Assembly (NCBI GenBank): GCA_964523345.1
Contig: CAZFYL010000002.1
Coordinates: 5,373-69,372, forward strand
DNA length: 64,000 bases
Reading direction: 5' to 3'
DNA from: an uncultured Methyloceanibacter sp.
GTDB lineage: Bacteria > Pseudomonadota > Alphaproteobacteria > Rhizobiales > Methyloligellaceae
The notes under the pieces are model-generated. The model worked only from the letters and a program-made list of their open reading frames with translations. It made no database searches and was not told the origin of the DNA. Positions 60,128 through 64,000 of the stretch are shown in pieces (the stretch's first letter is position 1; every line of letters begins with the position of its first letter). The position numbers and the translations under genes are program-made.

Positions 60128-61651
60128 TTAACGCGCAGCCGAGGCGCGAGTTCGCCTCATCCAATCAAAAACCGGCGCAACGAGAAACGCGACGAGGAAA
60201 TTGATCACCACCGAATAGAGCGCGGCATAGCCCGGCAGGGTCACGCCGAGGACCTCAAGCGGATAGACCGAGGAGGTGAAGCTCTGGGTCGCCGCCATAT
60301 AGGTGCCGACGCCGGTGCCAACGGCCCAGCCCATCAGCAGCGCCATCGAGTTGAACCGGCGCGTGTAGAGGCCGAGCAGAATCGGCGGCAGAAGTTGAAT
60401 AATCCAGATACCCCCCAGCAACTGAAGCTGGATGGCATAAGACTGGGGAATGGCGAGGATGAACACCACCGCTCCGATTTTGACCACGAGCGAAACGATC
60501 TTGGCCATCTGGGCCTCGTCGGCCTCGCTGCAGTGCGGGCGGAAGAATTCCTTGTAGAGATTGCGCGTGAAGAGATTGGCACAAGCGATCGACATGATTG
60601 CGGCCGGGACCAGCGCACCGATTGCGATGGCGGCGAAGCCGACGCCGACAAACCAAGAGGGAAATGACGCAAGGAACAGCGCCGGCACCGCGAAGTTGGG
60701 TCCGTGCTCGGCGAAGCCCGTTTGGTAGGCCGGATCTTTGTCCACACCTGCGGCGATGGCCATGTAGCCGAGAAGCGCGATCAGCCCGAGGATCAAGGAG
60801 TAAGCCGCCAGGAACGCCGCATTCCGCCGGATGACGTTTCCGCTCGACGAACTCAAAATGCCGGTCATGGCGTGCGGATAAAGAAACAATGCGAACGCCG
60901 AACCGAGCGCGAGCGTGGCATAGGCGCTGTAGCTCCCAAGACTCTCGCCTGAGGGCGGCGTGAGGATCAGTTTCTCCTTCGGCACGCTGGCAAAGATCTT
61001 TCCGTAACCGCCAAGCTCGGCCGGAATAATCACCAGAGCCGCGAACACGGTCACGAAGATCAGCGCGTCCTTGACGATGGCGATCAAGGCGGGCGCCCTG
61101 AGTCCGCTGGTATAGGTAAAGGCGGCGAGGATAATAAAGGCGATGATCAGGGGTAGGTGTGTGGTCCAGCCGCCAAAGTGAAAGCCGAGTGCGCTGATCA
61201 CTACCTCCATGCCGACGAGCTGCAGCGCGATATAGGGCATGGTCGCGACGATGCCCGTCAACGCGAATGCGAGCGCAAGAAGCCGGCTGTCGAAGCGGTC
61301 GCGCACGAAATCGGCGGCGGTCACATGACCCCGCGCCCGCGCGATCTCCCATAGACGCGGGAAGATCATATAGAGAATGGGATAGATGAGGATCGTGTAC
61401 GGAACCGCAAAGAAACCCACCGCGCCCTTGCCGAAAACCAGCGCCGGGACGGCAATGAAGGTGTAGGCGGTGTAGAGATCGCCGCCGAGCAGAAACCAAG
61501 TAACGACAGTGCCGAAGCGGCGGCCGCCGAGACCCCATTCATGCAGCAGATTGAGATCGGCTTTACGCCAGCGCGCCGCCACGAAACCAAGCCAAGTGAT
61601 GAACAGGAACAGCCCGACGAAGACGGCTGTCGCGGTGACGTCGAGGGTCAA
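60128..61651 (-). CDS. Sodium:solute symporter (SSS) family transporter
   Basis: Start re-assigned to the TTG at 61651 (TLDVTATAVFVGLFLFITWLGFVAARW...). About 13 TM segments. GGRRFG..., typical SSS N-terminus. The TTG overlaps the TGA of the upstream DUF3311 gene (TTGA). The track's upstream 44 codons are Arg/His-rich and non-membrane. Confidence 0.82.
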   Translation of the reverse strand: MTLDVTATAVFVGLFLFITWLGFVAARWRKADLNLLHEWGLGGRRFGTVVTWFLLGGDLYTAYTFIAVPALVFGKGAVGFFAVPYTILIYPILYMIFPRLWEIARARGHVTAADFVRDRFDSRLLALAFALTGIVATMPYIALQLVGMEVVISALGFHFGGWTTHLPLIIAFIILAAFTYTSGLRAPALIAIVKDALIFVTVFAALVIIPAELGGYGKIFASVPKEKLILTPPSGESLGSYSAYATLALGSAFALFLYPHAMTGILSSSSGNVIRRNAAFLAAYSLILGLIALLGYMAIAAGVDKDPAYQTGFAEHGPNFAVPALFLASFPSWFVGVGFAAIAIGALVPAAIMSIACANLFTRNLYKEFFRPHCSEADEAQMAKIVSLVVKIGAVVFILAIPQSYAIQLQLLGGIWIIQLLPPILLGLYTRRFNSMALLMGWAVGTGVGTYMAATQSFTSSVYPLEVLGVTLPGYAALYSVVINFLVAFLVAPVFDWMRRTRASAAR

Positions 61652-61914
61652 AGAATGTCCCCCGTGCCCCCGGACTCCGGATCCAAGTCGACTTGCCGGG
61701 CCGTGTGCGTGATGCGGGTCTCGATGGCGTAGACGGCGATCGCGATCGCGGCACCGATCAGGACCCAGGCCAGCTGATACCAATAGAAGAAGGGAATGCC
61801 GGCCAACTCAGGCGCGACCCGGTTGTAGGACGGCACCCAAAGCATGGCGACGAACGGGATAAGAAACAGGAGACGCGGCCAATAGCGCAGGAGCTTCGCG
61901 GATCGTTTCGACAT
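61648..61914 (-). CDS. DUF3311 domain-containing small membrane protein (SSS transporter accessory subunit-like)
   Basis: Start re-assigned to the ATG at 61914 (AGGGGAGGGG about 11 nt upstream): MSKRSAKLLRYWPRLLFLIPFVAMLWVPSYNRVAPELAGIPFFYWYQLAWVLIGAAIAIAVY... Two TM segments, in the characteristic position directly upstream of an SSS gene. Confidence 0.62.
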   Translation of the reverse strand: MSKRSAKLLRYWPRLLFLIPFVAMLWVPSYNRVAPELAGIPFFYWYQLAWVLIGAAIAIAVYAIETRITHTARQVDLDPESGGTGDIL

Positions 61915-62060
61915 TCGCGCTTGACCCCTCCCCTTTCGCGCCGGTCCGGGGAGCCCTCGGCCTTTGCGGTGGATCACGGGGGGATGCCGCATTTTGGGTT
62001 GTTTAGCAAGGCGACCCGCAATATTGCTTTTGCCTCGACCCGGCCCATATGGCCGGAGAA

Positions 62061-62136
62061 GAGCCCGTAGCTCAGCCGGTAGAGCACTTGACTTTTAATC
62101 AAGGGGTCCGGGGTTCGAGCCCCCGCGGGCTCACCA
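62061..62136 (+). tRNA. tRNA-Lys (anticodon UUU)
   Basis: Acceptor GAGCCCG pairs with CGGGCTC, followed by A and an encoded CCA. D-arm GCTCAGCCGGTAGAGC. Anticodon stem CTTGA/TCAAG with loop CTTTTAA (UUU). T-arm CGGGGTTCGAGCCCCCG. Confidence 0.95.
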
Positions 62137-62561
62137 CACTTATTTGCTTTGATTTGCTCAAGGGTGTTTCGAGCCGTGCGGCTTGCCCGAGCATATTTGC
62201 AACACGCCGCTAATCCGGTGCCAGGCGCCCGCAAAACCCCTTGGGCGGCGCTCGGTTGACGCTACATCGCTCAATTTACTAGGATTTGGGCGGCCCAACG
62301 CTCTGGAGTCCCGGCATTTTGGACGCTTCCGCGTGCTCCCGCGGGAACGCCTTAGGGTCGTTGCACGAAGCTGGAATCGCCGGGGGCTCGAATAGCGGCG
62401 GAGGGCTAAGGGCAGCATCTCAGCAGCCCATCATGCCGGTCCGGTTGTACGAAGAAGCATCTCAATGCGCGGCTGGCACGTGAATTGCGTGGTTGTCGCT
62501 TCTTCGGCTCAACCGACGCGCTTACAGCAGCAGCCACGCTAAGGATCGCGAGCGAGCGTCG

Positions 62562-64000
62562 ATGCAAGAACGAGACACCGACAGGTTGCGCCAACGCGCG
62601 ATTCCCACCGAGAGCTTGCTCGGCCGCGTGGCGATTGAGCGCGTCTGGCCCGAGATCGACGGCGGCCGGTTCGACATCAAGCGTGCGGTCGGCGATGTCC
62701 TGACGGTCGACGCGGATATCTTCTGCGACGGGCATGACAAGCTCGGCGCGGCGCTTCTCTATCGCCGCGACGACGCGCCGGACTGGCACGAAGTCCCGAT
62801 GCAGTTTGTCGACAACGACCGTTGGCGCGGCGACATCAAGCTCGAAGAGAATGCACGCTATGTTTACACCGTCGTCGCCTGGAGAGATTTGTTCGCCTCT
62901 TGGCGAGAGGGCATTACCAAGAAATTCGATGCCGGCCAGCCAGTCTCGCTCGAGCTTAACGAAGGGCTCGACCTGATCGAGAAGGCGCTTGCCGCGGCAA
63001 CGCAAGCCTCGAACGATGGCCGTCCTCTCCTGGCGCGATTGGCAAAGGCGCTGAAAGCCGCGCCCGACGAGGTTGCCAAATTCACCATCCTCACCGGCGA
63101 GGATGTGAGCGCGCTGATGGCACGGATCAGCCCGCGCACCCATCTCTCGCGCTATCCGAAAGAGCTTGGAGTCTTCATCGACCGCAAGCTTGGGGCCTTC
63201 AGCGCCTGGTACGAGATGTTTCCGCGCTCGCAGTCTGGAGACGTGCGCCGGCACGGAACGTTCGATGACGTCATCGCCAGGCTGCCTTATGTGAAAGCCC
63301 TCGGGTTCGATGTCCTTTATTTTCCGCCGATCCATCCGATCGGCCGTATCGCCCGCAAGGGGCGCAACAACTCTCTGACACCGGCGCCGGACGATCCGGG
63401 AAGCCCTTACGCGATCGGCGCCGCGGAGGGGGGCCATGACGCGATCCACCCGGAGCTCGGAACCTTTGCCGATTTCGCCCGGCTGGTGAAAGCGGCGAAG
63501 ACGCACGGTCTGGAAATTGCGCTCGACTTCGCCATTCAAGTCTCGCGCGACCATCCCTGGATCAAGGAACATCCGGAATGGTTCGATTGGCGCCCCGATG
63601 GCACCATCAAATTCGCCGAGAACCCGCCGAAGAAATACGAGGACATTGTCAACGTCCATTTCTACCGCGACGCGTTTCCGTCGATATGGTTCGCGTTGAG
63701 GGATGTTGTGCTGTTTTGGGCCGGTAAAGGCGTGAAGATCTTCCGCGTCGACAATCCCCACACCAAACCTTTTCCATTCTGGGAGTGGATGATCCGCGAG
63801 GTTCACGCCGCGCACCCGGAGGTTATTTTTCTCTCAGAGGCGTTCACGCGGCCGAAACCGATGAAGCTGCTCGCCAAGCTCGGCTTCACACAGTCTTACA
63901 CCTACTTCACTTGGCGCAACACGAAGCTGGAGCTGACGGAATATCTGACCGAACTCACGACCGGCGAGACGCCGGAATATTTCCGGCCCAACTTTTTCGT
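62562..64000 (+). CDS. glgE: Alpha-1,4-glucan:maltose-1-phosphate maltosyltransferase (partial; continues beyond the window end)
   Basis: Absent from the track (no in-window stop). My translation from the ATG at 62562: MQERDTDRLRQRAIPTESLLGRVAIERVWPEIDGGRFDIKRAVGDVLTVDADIFCDGHDKL...WYEMFPRSQSGD...GTFDDVIARLPYVKALGFDVLYFPPIHPIGRIARKGRNNSL...GSPYAIGAAEGGHDAIHPELGT...FRVDNPHTKPFPFWEWMI...SEAFTRPKPM. These are hallmark GlgE motifs. Confidence 0.9.
   Translation, partial: MQERDTDRLRQRAIPTESLLGRVAIERVWPEIDGGRFDIKRAVGDVLTVDADIFCDGHDKLGAALLYRRDDAPDWHEVPMQFVDNDRWRGDIKLEENARYVYTVVAWRDLFASWREGITKKFDAGQPVSLELNEGLDLIEKALAAATQASNDGRPLLARLAKALKAAPDEVAKFTILTGEDVSALMARISPRTHLSRYPKELGVFIDRKLGAFSAWYEMFPRSQSGDVRRHGTFDDVIARLPYVKALGFDVLYFPPIHPIGRIARKGRNNSLTPAPDDPGSPYAIGAAEGGHDAIHPELGTFADFARLVKAAKTHGLEIALDFAIQVSRDHPWIKEHPEWFDWRPDGTIKFAENPPKKYEDIVNVHFYRDAFPSIWFALRDVVLFWAGKGVKIFRVDNPHTKPFPFWEWMIREVHAAHPEVIFLSEAFTRPKPMKLLAKLGFTQSYTYFTWRNTKLELTEYLTELTTGETPEYFRPNFF

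Noticed and set aside
60255-61538. 427-aa alternate-frame minus-strand ORF within the SSS transporter gene
   Set aside because: Same strand but a different frame. The product is Arg/His/Gly-rich and non-membrane, whereas the chosen frame gives about 13 clean TM segments.
62137-62561. Possible integration scar or mobile element after tRNA-Lys
   Set aside because: No integrase, no direct repeat of the tRNA 3' end, and no obvious compositional shift. It appears to be an ordinary 425-bp leader before glgE.
62406-63815. 469-aa minus-strand ORF
   Set aside because: It is antisense to the plus-strand glgE gene, whose translation carries hallmark GlgE motifs. glgE is missing from the track only because it lacks an in-window stop.

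Overview
Visibly GC-rich alphaproteobacterial (Hyphomicrobiales/Rhizobiales-type) chromosomal backbone. I can support about 60 protein genes and 2 tRNAs (Ser-UGA, Lys-UUU). I see no rRNA, CRISPR array, transposase, integrase or recognisable defence genes. Conserved housekeeping synteny dominates: hemB, bpt, parC; a minus-strand block folK / rpoZ-rsh / DUF2062-pdxJ-acpS / lepB-rnc-era-recO with several 4-8 bp start/stop overlaps; smpB-dapA; slt; pcs; ubiH; hspQ; mfd-sdhE divergent from recG; glmU-glmS. glgE runs off the 3' end and a MarR-type gene runs off the 5' end; neither is in the ORF track because neither has an in-window stop. Many envelope proteins here carry Pro/Ala/Glu-rich low-complexity linkers. 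Overall this is mostly ordinary core genome, and I do not see a convincing novel multi-gene system. The most unusual items are: (i) a small membrane ORF with an extreme poly-Arg/Trp C-terminus downstream of an orphan carbamoyltransferase (about 10.2-10.7 kb); (ii) an orphan plus-strand terminator preceded by a 27-codon Cys-rich ORF or sRNA candidate (about 59.47-59.60 kb); (iii) an orphan YejA-like binding protein tightly coupled to an adenylate-forming-fold protein whose catalytic motifs are degenerate (41.9-45.4 kb); (iv) a shared LP(E/D)RNPLRATA motif in two secreted cell-wall proteins. Many long ORFs in the supplied track are antisense or alternate-frame shadows typical of high-GC DNA and were rejected. 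I re-assigned several start codons by eye. All family calls rest on motif recognition only; no searches were run.
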